Shown here: positions 28,779 to 42,670 of the stretch, in pieces
Layout: each line of letters opens with the position of its first letter
How positions within the stretch are numbered: position 1 is the stretch's first letter
Origin: Octopus sinensis
Lineage: Eukaryota
DNA length: 64,000 nt
Direction of reading: 5' to 3'
NCBI RefSeq assembly: GCF_006345805.1
Contig: NC_043014.1
Location: 35,092,001-35,156,000, forward strand
The notes under the pieces: generated by a model
Told to the model about the DNA's origin: nothing
What the model saw: only the letters and a program-made list of their open reading frames with translations
The model's database searches: none
Made by a program: the position numbers and the translations under genes

Positions 28779-29997
28779 ATTCCAAAAAATGCGACCTATA
28801 CCTTGGTAGCAATGCAAAACGAAATCACCGAATTGTTGAGGAGATACACTGTCAACCTTGTTGTCGGTGAAATCAAGATGTTCCGATGTTCCTTACTTTA
28901 CGCTGAAACGTGACGGAACGCGTGACTTGAGTAATACTGAAAATATTGCGATTGTTATTAGGTACTTGTAAAACGGCGGTGTTCTGGAAAACTTAGTTGC
29001 AATGCCAACTACTCAACATTATGATGCTGAAACATTGACCGACTTATTAATTAAGGAGTTAGCCAACCTTTGCATTGACCCAAAGCTTATGTTGTCACAT
29101 TGCTTCTGTGACGTCTGACAAAATTGGTGGCGTTCAAAGAATGATTCAGAATCGACTTGAAAAACATATACCCTATGTTGCATCCTGTGGTTAACACAAT
29201 AAAGCAGATTCTAGATTTAGCTACGTTCTTCGACACCGTTAATATTCTTCATGATTCTTCATAAACGGCCAAGGATAGCTAGTCTCTGTAAAGGACTGAA
29301 ATTGCCACGTCTTGTGGAGCATAGGTGGTCGGGCCATTTCAGTGCCATTGCTTCTGTAATAGAAAAATCATTCTAAAATTGTTGGCTTGATAACCGAGTG
29401 CACAGATTCATCAGATTCAGAAACGTATTTGAGGCAACTGGGATTTTACATCAAGTTCGTTCCAAAAGGTTTGTTTTTCTAGCCCTTGTTCTTAGTAAAT
29501 TTCTGCATATAATTATGCCAGTAGACAAACAGCTTTAAAGTCACAATTGGGCTTCTTAAGACTGTCAAGAGTGAAATAACCAAACTGAAAGACTCTAATG
29601 TTTGATGAGATTCTGAAACAAATGAAGTCAGTTTAATGTTATTGAGGAACGTATGCGCCGAAAAGGTTGCGGGTCCCGACGTTTTTCACATTATGCTGTT
29701 GAAGCCCTGGTACCATCACAAAATGACTGGATAATCTTTCACTGCCAAATTTATTTCCCGATCATCGATGAAAGCTTGGGAGAGCTAGATAATAGATTTT
29801 CATAGCAAAACATCAGCATATATTCTTCCTTGGCAAGTCTACTACCAATGTCCGAAACATTTTTGGATTTTGATACTTTAAAAACTTTGAGCAATTTAGT
29901 TAATTACGATAAATCAGCTTTGCTGTCTGAACCTACTGTGGCTAAAACATACATTTCCAAACAAAATATGATGATCGTACAGGCTGCCTTTCCAAAT

Positions 29998-30240
29998 ACT
30001 CTTTTACTCTTTTATTTGTTTCAGTCATTTGACTGTGGCCATGCTGGAGCACCGCCTTTATTTGAGCAAATAGACCCCAGGACTTATTCTTTGTAAGCCT
30101 AGTACTTATTCTACCGGTCTCTTATGCCGAACCGCTAAGTTACGGGGACGTAAACACACCAGCATCGGTTGTCAAGCGATGTTGGGGGACAAACGCATAA
30201 ACACACACACACATATATATACATATACATACATATATAT

Positions 30241-30293
<53 letters not shown>

Positions 30294-30455
30294 GACGGTC
30301 TTCTTTCAGTTTCCGTCTACCAAATCCACTCACAAGGCTTTGGTCGGCCCGAGGCTATAGTAGAAGACACTTGCCCAAGGTGCCACGCAGTGGGACTGAA
30401 CCCGGAACTATATGGTTGGTAAGCAAGCTACTTACCACACATTCACTCCTGCGCC
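29998..30455 (-). mobile_element. SINE family A inserted in the hAT dimerisation domain
   Basis: Interrupts AFPN...YGAALTF. Confidence 0.9.
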
Positions 30456-31015
30456 TATAATGTCTATCTATTTTATGGTGCAGCATTAACATTTGGATCT
30501 AGCATAGTCACATGTGAGTCGTCGTTTTCGATGCTAACGCGAATTATGACACCCTTTCGACGAAATATGAAGCACCAACGAAAATCAAACCTCGTGATAC
30601 TTGCTTCTCTTAGTATATGCAAATCAAGGACGATTTTCTTAATTTTTTTTGACATTGCATTGTCGGAGATTGCAGTTATATTAAATATATGTACCCTGAA
30701 TTTATTATTTTGTATTGTGAATTTTCATGAAAGACGTAATCAAATTTTATAAACAGTACGGGTTTTAGAGTTCTGTTCAGCACCCCCGGCTATCACAAGA
30801 TAGTCCCCTCCCAGTTGCAATCGGCTGGCTACGTTGCTGGGTGACACGCAGTGGGAGTGAACCTGAAAACATGTGGTTAGGAATCAAACTTAATCCCACA
30901 CAGGTACGTCGCTTTATGTCCCGAAAAAAGGTACATTAAGCATTCGATAAGTAACAGTCAATAAAATAATTACACAACTGAAATACATACTTGAAATAGC
31001 GGCACTTATTTCATA

Positions 31016-31580
31016 TTGGGTTGTCCGGAAAGTTCGTGCCGATTTTTAAAGGAAAGAAAAAGGTCAATAAGTACTTGCCATTACATTTTAATCAACCAAA
31101 TATGAACCATTTTGTTGCACAATGCGTCTCCATCTTTCCTTTGACTTGAAAATACCCTCTTCCCAGAACTGAGGTGGTTTCATGGCAAAGAATTCATCAA
31201 GGTATCTTTTTACGTCATCCAAGGAATTGAAATTTTTACCATTAAGACTATTCTGCAGAGACCTGAATTAGTGGAAATCTGAAGAAGCAATATCTGGTGA
31301 ATATGGAGGGTGGGGTAACACATCCCAGCCGAGCTGCAGTAATTTTTGTCTGGTTCCCAAAGCATCAAGTGCTGAAAATGAACTTTCTTATCTTCCATTT
31401 TAAAGGGTTACAGAATTAACACAGGTTATAAGAACATAAACCTTCTTTCACGAAAAGTTAGCTTAAACTGTGCTCTAAATGGAGGAGTAGTCAAATCCTA
31501 TTTTATGGACTCAACCATGTTCTAAAATAAGTCGAAAGTTAAGCTGCTATAAATCAGCACGAACTTTCCGGACAACCCAA
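31016..31580 (-). mobile_element. Internally deleted mariner element
   Basis: 30-bp TIRs ttgggttgtccggaaagttcgtgc(c/t)gattt with TA flanks; remnants MEDKKVHFQHLMLWE and HPPYSPDIASSDFH. Confidence 0.93.
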
Positions 31581-31767
31581 TATATACCGTATCATTTTAA
31601 AGAAGTACAGAACGTAATGAATAATGTAGTTACAGATATTCTTTAAAGCAGTGGCTCTCAACCTTTTTGGCACCACAAACTGGTTTTGTGCAAGAAATTT
31701 TTTCTACGGGGTAAGGGATCACGTACATAACAAAACAATTAAGTATACGACGAATAATTTAATTATT

Positions 31768-31936
31768 ATCTTTTACTTGTTTCAGTCCATTAGACTGTGG
31801 CCATGCTGGGGGCACCGTCATTGGTTTTTTAAGGCTTGTACTTATACTATCGGACTATTTTGCCGAACTGCAAAGTTATGGAGACGTAAACACACCAACA
31901 CCGGTTGTCAAGCGGTTTTGAGGGGACAAACACAAT

Positions 31937-31979
<43 letters not shown>

Positions 31980-32350
31980 GTAAACATATACATATATATA
32001 AGCCCTTCGTATATATGTACACACGCACGCACACACACACACACGCACGCACGCACGCACACACACACACACACACACACACAGACCCCCCCACATATAT
32101 ATATATGTATTGGAAATTGTGTGGAATCCTTGGTACACTTAGGTATATTTGAAAAAGGAAAAGAATGGCTTCACCGGAAGTTCTAATTTTTTCAGTTTCC
32201 GTCTTCCAAATCCACTCACAAGGCTTTGGTCGGCCCGAGGTTATAGTAGAAGATACTTGACATTTGCTCAATGTATCACGCAGTGGGACTGAACCCGGGA
32301 TAATGTGGCTGGGAAGCAAATTTCTCACCAGACAGCTGCACCTGCGCCCA
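31768..32350 (-). mobile_element. SINE family A, diverged
   Basis: Head and tail blocks; head-to-head with the next copy. Confidence 0.8.
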
Positions 32351-32386
32351 TTCATAAATGTATTACATATATAATACATATATATA

Positions 32387-32548
32387 GGCGCAGGAGTGGC
32401 TGTGTGGTAAGTAGCTTGCTAACCAACCACATGGTTCTGGGTTCAGTCCCACTGCGTGGCATCTTGGGCAAGTGTCTTCTGCTATAGCCTCGGGCTGACC
32501 AAAGCCTTGTGAGTGGATTTGGTAGACGGAAACTGAAAGAAGCCTGTC

Positions 32549-32597
<49 letters not shown>

Positions 32598-32830
32598 CGT
32601 GTGTGTATATGTTTGTGTATCTGTGTTTGTCCCTCTAGCATTGCTTGACAACCGATGCTGGTGTGTCTACGTCCCCGTTACTTAGCGGTTCAGCAAAGGA
32701 GACCGATAGAATAAGTACTGGGCTTACAAAAGAATAAGTCCCAGGGTCTAGTTGCTCGACTAAAGGCGGTGCTCCAGCATGGCCGCAATCAAATGACTGA
32801 AACTAGTAAAAGAGTAAAGAGTAAAAGAGT
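32387..32830 (+). mobile_element. SINE family A, full length
   Basis: Complete head to tail. Confidence 0.92.
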
Positions 32831-33474
32831 ATATAATGCGGTAACACCTTGCAGGCTGCGATAGTCTATAAAATCGATATAAATTTGAAAGATTTATTCT
32901 TTCTGTGCAGCTCGTTATCAAATGATCAACGGTCCGGTATTGGACTCGGCTGGTTGGTTGGGGACCTCTGTTTTAAAAGACGAGAATATCCAGACTGGAA
33001 TGTTTTTGATTATAGATTTGGTCAATAAGGGTTGCTCAAAATTGAAACTACAACAATTACTATATTTCACCACTTATCTTCTCATAACACACAATAATAT
33101 TCAATTTTCTGAACGTCATTTACTCCTTTCCTGCCGACATGAATTTATTCGTGATTTCGTTAAGCCTTATTCAGTATGACTCAACGTGTTAACGAATATA
33201 TTATTTAAGGATTAATTTGCAGTTTACGGTCGTAAAAAAGGTGAAGGTAAGTTGTCCTAAAAAAACACCGTGTAACACTATTTTTGTCCATGGGTAGCAA
33301 CTGTTATTACCTATTTGCTTACCCTTCGAAAGTATGAAAAATGGATAATATTTCCTTCAAACTTTGCTTTTGTTACATTTATTCAAGCCCCAAAGCATCC
33401 CTCTCAATACATGGCTATAATGCTCCACCCCACAACAACTGCTCATGATCAGAGCTGCACATATTAGCAGCGAC

Positions 33475-33732
33475 TAGGGTGAGGGTTAGGGTTAGTGACA
33501 GGATGTTGTCTCAGTTTTAGACGCAGCAAATGATTTTAGCTCAATAGAGGCCATAGGATTGGTTAAAATTCGAAAAATTAAACTACGTTAAACTTACAAA
33601 TTACAATTTTCTCAAGAAAGCCAAGAGAAAAAAATGTTTTATTTTGACACATTCTACCAGTATACGAAGTTTAAAAGTGTTTAGTTAACTAGAAATTGTG
33701 TTGAAAACTGCCGTTCAAAAGGAAAAGATCCC
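33475..33732 (-). mobile_element. Partial copy of the MITE family at 48538
   Basis: One TIR (aaaactgccgttcaaaaggaaaagatcc) and ttaggg units. Confidence 0.7.
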
Positions 33733-35977
33733 ATGTATGTAGGTACCTGTGGACGTGGAATAATGGATGAATCTTTATGAAAGATTGGGTTGTCACTATG
33801 ATCACTTTCTGTTTCTATTACAACTTATTTTCATTTTCTTGCCATCATAAACTGCATCATAAACCCCGTTAGGTTTTTATGCCTTCTTGTCAGTGCTGTC
33901 TTAAGATATACGAGTAGGTACACTGGATGGTTGCGCAGGGGTGTAGGGAATCTCACGAGTCTAGGGGCTAAATTCTGGTCTATCTATGCACTGGTTCGTT
34001 GTCAATAAAAAAAAACTCTATAGGGCCCTGTGCATTGATTTCTCTGGGATCCTATAATGATGCTAAGACGGTCCTGTTCTTTATGCAACGTTCCTAAAAT
34101 GACAGTCACCCGAAAGCTTTGGGGTTGCCAGAACGATGTCTTTCTATCATTTCGTAGTAACTAAACCAACCTTTCCACAAATTACGAACTCAGAAACATA
34201 AACTCAGACCAACTGCATTGAATATGCCCATTATTAATGAATGAATGAATGAATGAATTAATTAATTAACTAATTTATCTATTTTTCTTTTCCACGTATT
34301 CACGAACAGAAATAATAGACTGTGATCTGAAGTGGGCACGGTAAGCTAGTAGAGTAACGAAAAACCCAAATCACGTGACAAACACTGATGAAATGTTAGC
34401 CTAAACTTAACCTTTTATCCATATTTATTTCACGTCATTTCCTTGCAGGTATTTGATTATATTATAAATAGCGTGTCATTCGTGATAGCTGTGGTAGTAC
34501 AATTGACATCAACTTGATCTCTCTCTCTCTATTCAAGGCAAATACCAATCTTTACTTATATTATTTTCTGCTCATTGTTTGAGTTTTAACTGTAGCACTG
34601 GGTGCACCTCCATTACTATTTTTTTTAGGTGTGTGCAGCATTGACTTCTGGTAATGTAGAACTATATTTGTTTCTCCACCAACTTTAAGTTATTGTGTAT
34701 GGCTTGATTTATTGTTCCTTGTGTTATTTTAGTGTTTCTTCTGTTGAATATATACAATGTAAGTTGTGTTATTTTAGCTCGGTACTAAATATATCTTCTA
34801 TCTGCTGCTTAATGGAGTGTAAAGTGTCGTGATGTGAGGCCGTGATTGTGTAGATTTGTTATATTAATGGTTGATAATTGTATAGGGTGATAGTAGTATT
34901 GGTGTGATAACGTCGGTAAGGTATGAGCTTGGATTCTGTTATTTTATTAGGTATTTGTATAGAGTTTGTGCAATGATATATTGGTATTTGTTTTTATTGG
35001 ATGGTTATTGTACAGGGTACATGGTGTGTTTCTTCAATGGGTGGTTATCGTATAGAGTATGCGTCATATTTTGTAGCGTGCTCTATTCGAGTTGTGGTGT
35101 TTAATTGGAAAGTGCCTTGTGTAGGATGCTGGTCTCGTTTGGCGTGAACTGTGTAACGTTGTGAACCTTGCTCTGGTTTGTGAGTTTCATATATATGTTT
35201 ACCACACTTTGTATTATAATTATTCGTAATAATGTTTTATAAAATTTATTATTATTATTTTTTATGTCATGCTCCCCGTTCTGCTTATTTCAGTTTTAAG
35301 GTCTTTCTATTTCGACAGCTTCTCTACTGTCTTTCGGGCAATAGCTTTTGGCCTGAAGGGATCGAGATGTCAATCATGGTATAGACATTTTTCGTCCAGT
35401 CTTTATTATTATATAAAAATGTTTAACCTTGGTCTTTTGTCAATGTGAGTAGATATAACTCAAATGATTATGACCAAGAAATTGCCAAACAGTATTTTGT
35501 ACATGTTTATACACATTCATATCTATTTTCGCATTGAAGTGTAGGTATACGGTCTACTGTATATAACGACCGACTTGATAATGTCAATTTAATACACGCA
35601 GACTTGGCAAAAACTGAGTAGTCGGCAATTATCGTCAACAGTAAATTTGTTAAAAGGTGGGTGAATGTGGCGAGGATGGTTCGACCAAGTGGGCCTACTC
35701 TAAACTGGGACCTGTAAGCTGAAGAGTACTATGGAGAGAGGGGCACTTGTCATGATGCTCCAGGTGTGGAGGGTGGCTTTGGATCTGCAGATCCATTGGT
35801 TGCTCACGGTTGGGGGTTGTCTCTCTTATTAAGGGACTTATAAAATTTTTTTGTTATTGCTTTTTGTATTGTTTTCACGGTTCTCAGTGAATCATCACTG
35901 TTCTTTGTCTTTGTATTGTTTTAAATGTGTTTCGCGGTCCTTATAATTATCACGACTACTTGTTTGATAAGGGTACA

Positions 35978-36540
35978 CCAGGCACATTCATCACAACCAT
36001 AAGTGCACGACTTATGTTGATATCATATGAAGATAAACAGCGCATGACTTTGCAGGTGGGGGCCCAGATAGAATTTTCTTCAGGCCGAGTAGTCCACCGC
36101 GCTCAAAAGGGTCCTGAATAAGGATTGTTTAAGGATGTCGAACGAAACACCCATGTTTTCAGAGGTGAATTATTCAAGCCTCAAAGAATTCCTCTCAACA
36201 CATGGCTATGATGCTCCCCAACTACTTCTGCTCGTGATCAGAGATGCATATATCATCAGCCACCAAGAGAAATGCTCAACAGGTTAAATTCAAACAACTG
36301 ACAAGCAGGTCTGTGGTATTGAGCAGAATATTTGCTGTAGCGCATCTTTTACACCAAGGCAATACATGTAATATGATAATACTTCCAATCAGTTAATATC
36401 AGAGACCATTAGAGCGACTACCTGGTACAGCATCGGGGCATTTATTATTATTATTTTAATTTTTATTATTATTATTATTATTGTTGTTGTTGTTGTTGTT
36501 ATTTTAATTATTATTATTATTATTATTATTATCATTATTA

Positions 36541-36597
<57 letters not shown>
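35978..36597. mobile_element. Copy of the 1-440 repeat plus (TTA)n tract
   Basis: Alignment to 1-440; (TTA)n at ~36441-36597. Confidence 0.75.
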
Positions 36598-36598
<1 letters not shown>

Positions 36599-38603
36599 GG
36601 ATGCGAGCTGGCAGAATCGTTAACATACCGGGTAAAATCCTTAGCGGAGTGTTGCCCGGTTTCACGTTCTGAGTTCAAATTCCGCCGAGGTCGACTTTGC
36701 CTTTCATCCTTTCGGGGTTGATAATATAAGAACTAATCGAGCACTGAGGTCAATGTAATCAACTTGCCCTACCCCCACCCGAAATTGCTGGCCTTTGCCA
36801 AAATTTCGAATCATTATTACAGACATTGCTTCAAGATCTCTGCGGATGACTCTTGCAGTTCCAAGCAATGATGATCTTTGTAGGTTCTGTGCTTACATTC
36901 GCTGCAATCTTTTTGAGCTATGTTGGTAGTTTGGTTATTATTCAAGGAGGCAGTGAGCTAGCAGAAACGTTAGCACGTTTGACAAAATGCACATCAGTAT
37001 TTCCTCTTGCTCACAACATCCTGAATTAAAATCCTACCGGTGGCAACTTTGCCTTCTATCATTTTAAGATCGGTGAAATAAGAACCAGTCAAGTACTGGA
37101 GTCATTGTAATCGACTTGCCTCTCCTCTCAAAATTGCCAGCCTGGTGCCATGCCAAAAATCAGAAAGAACTATGGTTACACTGTATAACGAAATTTTAAT
37201 TTTAATTTTTTGTCTTTGGTCAGTAAGTATTATCTCTTATATGCTTCTATCTAGAAATCAAAGGAAATTACTACTATTCCCTTCAAACTTTACTTTTGTG
37301 ACCTGGATAGCAATGTTTTAAAACTGACCTATTTTCCATAAATTTTCACTCTGATTCAGTATCACGAATATCGTTATAACCAATATTCTGCTCAGTGCTA
37401 CAGATTCTTCAAACTTTCTAAGAGTAAGCAAATAGGAAATAACTGTTGCTACCCAAGGACAAAAATCGTGTTACACAGTGTTATTATTGTTGTAGTTGTT
37501 ATCCTCATTATTATTAAATGTTAGAATCACGCTCAATGCTTTTGCCCGAGTTAGACGTGTTTATTTTATGGCTCTCTGATTCGATGTCATTAAGCATGTT
37601 AAAAGCATTGAAAACTCCACTTTTTATGCTTTTATTACAACAAACAAACTACAAACAAAGATGTTTATTCAATTATTTACTTCGCTTTTACTGTTTTGTT
37701 AGGAAGTTTCTTGGTTAAAACATTGTAGTTCAACTTGTTTAACTTCCGTCAAACCTGAACAACATGGCGACAAAACAGCGACAATAACGACATGGAGGAT
37801 ACACACCATGAGAAAACAAAATTGCACATAAAACGTATCCGGTATTTCTGATGCAACAAAATAATAACGTGTATAATATCGACAATAATAACAACACACA
37901 GCTTTACACACACACACACACACAAATACACACACGTTCTCAAAATGTCCTGTCCAATAAATTCTGGACTTGATCAGGCGCTTGATGGTAACACTTGTTT
38001 GTTTTAGATTGTATTACGAAAAACTTTCTTTGTTTGCCTCAAAGATTTTCTCTAAGAGCAGGGAAAGAGAGAACGTTAACTCCGAAAATCCTTGTATATG
38101 GCTTTTCAAAATAAACTGAAACAGGCTCTAGCATTGTGTTGGACAGTATTTTGTCTACACATCTAGGCAAAACGTTGGGTACTACCATTCTACTTTTCAT
38201 AACAGGGGACGAAGATGGTGAGTTAGCTGAATCGCTTGAGCGTCGGAGGAACTCCCTTATAGTATTTCTTCCGGCATTTTACGTTCTAAGTTCAAATCTT
38301 GCCGATATCAGCTTTTCCTTGCACCCTTTTAGAGTCGATAAACTAAAATACCAGTCAAGTTTTGGGACCGGTTTAATCAGCTTATCCTTCCCCAAAAATT
38401 TGAAGCCGAGTGCCTCTATCAGGAAAAGTTATTTTTATTATTTTTCAGTAATCTTATTTTTCTTACCTAGGCAAGCCTTCGTTATTTACAATATTTTTTC
38501 TTGATTTGCGTTTTCTGTGGTATTGAAAATACAAGCCCCACGCACGTGATACGATTATGCTTGTGAGGCTTTGCAATGCTATTTTCAATATATTGTGTTT
38601 GTA

Positions 38604-39034
38604 AGGCGGTGAGCTGGCAGAAACGTTAGCACGCCGGGCAAAATGCTCAGCGGTATTTCGTCTGCCGCTACGTTGAGTTCAAATTCCGCCGAGGTCGACT
38701 TTGCTTTTCACTCTTTCGGGGTCGATTAAATAAGTACCAGTTACGCACTGGGGTCGATATAATCGACTTAATCCGTGTGTCTGTCCTTGTTTGTTCTCTC
38801 TATGTTTAGCCCCTTGTGGGCAATAAAGAAATAAGAAACGTTAGCACGGCGGGCGAAATGCTTAGCTTAATCCGTTTGTCTGTCCTTGTTTGTCCCCTCT
38901 GTGTTTAGCCCCTTGTGGGTAGTAAAGAAATAGGTATTTTGCCCCTCATCCTTTCGAGGTTGCTTACTGGGGTCGATCTAATCGACATGTCCCCTTCCCC
39001 AAAATTTAGGGTTTTGTGCCCAGAGTAGAAAAAA
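38604..39034 (+). mobile_element. SINE family B composite with 16-bp TSD
   Basis: atatattgtgtttgta at 38588-38603 and 39035-39050. Older diverged B copies at ~36598, 36945, 38210 and 39470. Confidence 0.88.
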
Positions 39035-39163
39035 ATATATTGTGTTTGTATGTGATTTTCTTCTCGGTGAACGATTCAAGTGTTGTTTTTGGATCTTTCA
39101 ACAAATTATTAAATACTTTCATCTGTATTGCATATGTATGAGCGTGCGTGTGTACGTGTATTT

Positions 39164-39231
<68 letters not shown>

Positions 39232-40463
39232 ACGTTTGAATGAGCGGGTGTGCTTGCTAACTATTCATAAGTTTGAAACCTGTCACCCTCTGGTGATTTC
39301 GAATTGTTCATAATTGTTGCATTTGACCTACTTCACTTATTGTTAATAGTTCCCACGAACTTTTTGTGAACCCAGATGCTGAACTTTGTGTGAACCCTTT
39401 TCATTCATTCATAGTGATCTATTCGGCGCCTATACATGCTATCATTCTACAACATGCTATCATTCTACCCGTTCAATGTGGCGAACCGACAGAGTTTTAG
39501 CACTCCGAACAAAAAGCTTAGTTGCATATCGTTCGCTTTTATGTTCAGTTGAAATTCCGCGGAGGAGGACTTTGCTTTTCATCCTTCGAGATCGATTAAA
39601 TAAATACCAATCAAATACTAGGATCAATGTAGTCGGATTACCCTTTCCCTTAAAATCCTTGTCCTTCAGCAAGAAATTGGAACCATTATTGTCCCATTTT
39701 TAAACACTTGGTAATGATTCTCTTTTTATCTGTTTCTTGGTAGAACTGTTTTCAAGTTGGAGTTGAACTCTTTGTTTCGTACAAAAAAGTATTGTTATCG
39801 ATTTTCTTAACGACAAATCATTTGCTATTTAGCTGTATTTCTATTTTAGCTGCTTATTTTATTTTATTTTTATTTTAACACTGCATTTTATTTCGTTTTT
39901 TATTTGGTTTGTGAATTCGTGTGTTGAAACAATTTTCAGATATTGACTTTTTGGCTCTCCTTAGACGCATTATTTAGTATTTCTATAGTATTTGACTCTT
40001 TCTATTTCGTTCGGTAATTTGATTTCAGTTCGTGATTTCATTAAGGATTAAGATGTCATTTACTTTACATCTGTAGTGGAAAAGGTGTAGCAAAAGATGT
40101 TGAGGTAGCAGATGAAATAGGCATCTGGACGACTTCAAAGTAAAACAATGGAAAAACATCGGGTTGTTGTTTAAATAATTCATTTAAACGACACTTGCAT
40201 TTACTTGTTGCATACACCAAATATTTCACTACATCACATTACCAACTGTGTCAAACTGTCGAAGAAATTAATAGGGTAAATACAGTGTTGATATGATAGG
40301 GTAGAAACGGATATGTTTTGTGTCTGTGTGTGCGTTGGTCATTCAGTGGTGTCTGTTTATGTTCTGTGAGTGCAACTGTCGTTCATGTTGAATATCTGTT
40401 TCTCTGTTGTCAGTTTCACTGGCGCTTTCTTCTGTCTCTGTCTGTCCCTTGACAGATTGCTTA

Positions 40464-40924
40464 AGGCGGCGAGCTGGCAGACACGTTAGCGCGCCGGGCG
40501 AAATGCTTAGCGGTATTACGTCTGCCGTTACGTTCTGAGTTCAAATTCCGCCGAGGTCGACTTTGCCTTTCATCCTTTCGGGGTCGATAAATAAAGTACC
40601 AATTTCGCACTGGGGTCGATGAAATCGACTTAATCCCTTTGTCTGTCCTTGTTTGTCCCCTCTATGTTTATCCCCTTGTGGGCAATAAAGAAATATATAA
40701 TAGTCGTGACAGCTAGAAGGACAGACATACCATAAGAGAAATTCCTACCTCGCTTGACAACCGATGCTGGTGTGTTTACGTCCCCGTAACTTAGCGGTTC
40801 GACAAAAGAGACCGATAGAATAAGTACTAGGCTTACAAAGAATAAGTCCTGGGGTCGATTTCCTCGACTAAAGGCGGTGCTCCACCATGGCCACAGTCAA
40901 ATGACTGAAACAAGTAAAAGAGTA
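40464..40924 (+). mobile_element. SINE B monomer (40464-40695) and 3' half of SINE A (40752-40924)
   Basis: Matches to other copies. Confidence 0.9.
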
Positions 40925-41433
40925 ACCCCGCCCCCACTCATAAATTCTAAAATAGCGGCGTTTTTCGAAATTTTTTAAAAATCATAATTCTACAATGCAA
41001 TTTGTTACGGTTTATAATTTCAAAATAACTTTCGAACGAAAATGTGTGCGATTTAAGGGAGATTTAGCTGTTGTTTCTAGAACACTCCACGACAACCTGA
41101 TACCTTCCTCGTTTCTTTGTCACATGTATTTATGTTTTTAGATATTCCCCCGCCTTAAACACGTTTTATGGAATGATGACGCAGTGGTCCATTGCTGGGA
41201 TTTAAGCAAAAAAACCCAAAAAACCAAAAAAAAAAAACTTTGGAAAACTGTTCAGAGGTTTATAGTTAAATCATTTTTACCCAATCAGAAAACTGAATTT
41301 TGTTGCTTAAAAACTGTGATAAAATGAATGTAAACATTAGAAGACGAAGTTGTAAACAAAACGAAAGCAATGTGTGAGAGATAATACATATACAGAGGGA
41401 GAGAGATAGAGAGTAGTAATAGAGAGAGATAGA

Positions 41434-42032
41434 TTGATGATGATACATAAACCGCAAACGCTTCTGTCGGCTTACGCCGCCGCCGGAAATGTCAAAGTGG
41501 TTACAGCCACCCCATCCAGTACAAGAGGAACTACAGGATCAGAGCAACGATTTGTGCTCTCGATCGATAGAGCTAGGTTGTCTCTGAACGAAAACGGACG
41601 AAGACCTCGAAGCCAGGACCATAGCCGAACCCAAATTGTTTTCCAAAAGCGTTTCAACCTCAAGGCTCATGCCCTAGCTCGGTGCTTGCTGTCCGCTCGT
41701 CGGGTCCGCACGACGAGCAGCGGTGTCACCAACGGAACTGCCATTCTGGGACGGCTCGCCGTCCCGCCTGACTCGTTCGAAGAGCTCGAAACGAAAAGGA
41801 TCGCTTACATACGACTCGATTTGACGCTCGGATTGACATACTTAGAAACGCAGCTACTACACTGCGATCTATTAAGTCTCTCCGCGTGAACGAGATAATC
41901 CGTCCTTTCGAGGCGACGACCGCAGCAGTAACAGAAGAACCTGTGTGTGGTGCTGACTGCAATAACCACGCTGGCGGTGGCCGCCAAAGGGATAGTTTTG
42001 TGGAAAACGGAACGGATGGGCGAGGTGGTTAG
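41434..42032. other. Unique CpG-rich island with a 151-codon ORF of unknown identity
   Basis: GC/CpG enrichment, not repeated in the window, no motif recognised. Confidence 0.35.
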
Positions 42033-42505
42033 TTTATGTATTTGTTTTGCAAGATCCTTGATGTGAAATCGTGTGTTGAAATAGGTATTGCTATATTTCG
42101 GGACGGTCATTTGCCTAATAAGTACAAGCACTATATTCTCGTTCTTCATTTCAACTTATATTATTATTATTATGTTTTTTCCTTCTTTCTTCAAATTTTC
42201 TTCCGTTTCTCGCCGAGTGTTTTCCATACACCTAGGGCAGAGAAGCTCAATGTATGCATTCCCAGATTACACACGCAAATTCACAGATAAAATATGTATT
42301 TCAAAATTAATAAATAAATAAATTCATGGATAGATGTTGTTTTCACAGCGATAATGCTCTTCTCAGTACATGAGCCGTTCCAGTTAATACGATTTTTTGC
42401 ACTTCCTGTAGGGATGGTAAGCCTGGAATCATTTTCAAATAGGTTTCAGTACCTTTTTTTTTTATCATTCCTAGAGATCCTACAATCACTGGTACTGTAG
42501 TCGCC

Positions 42506-42597
<92 letters not shown>

Positions 42598-42630
42598 GTT
42601 ATTGTTATTATTATTATTATATTATTATTA

Positions 42631-42667
<37 letters not shown>

Positions 42668-42670
<3 letters not shown>

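Larger units (their letters stand above)
27930..30839 (+). mobile_element. Decayed hAT transposon (ZnF_TTF, DUF4371-like, dimerisation domain; ZMYM1-like type)
   Basis: WLEYS..AFCFACR, ELPFRG, IPKNATY..QNEI, CESSFSML; possible right TIR ggctacgttgctg ending at 30839; left TIR not found. Confidence 0.88.

Noticed and set aside
34600-34640. Metal-response elements (TGCRCNC) for the Ctr gene
   Set aside because: The motif arises trivially in CA/TG-rich DNA.
36388-36432. Short U2 snRNA-like words (atcagttaatatc, cctggtac)
   Set aside because: Spacing is incompatible with U2 and the other U2 elements are missing.
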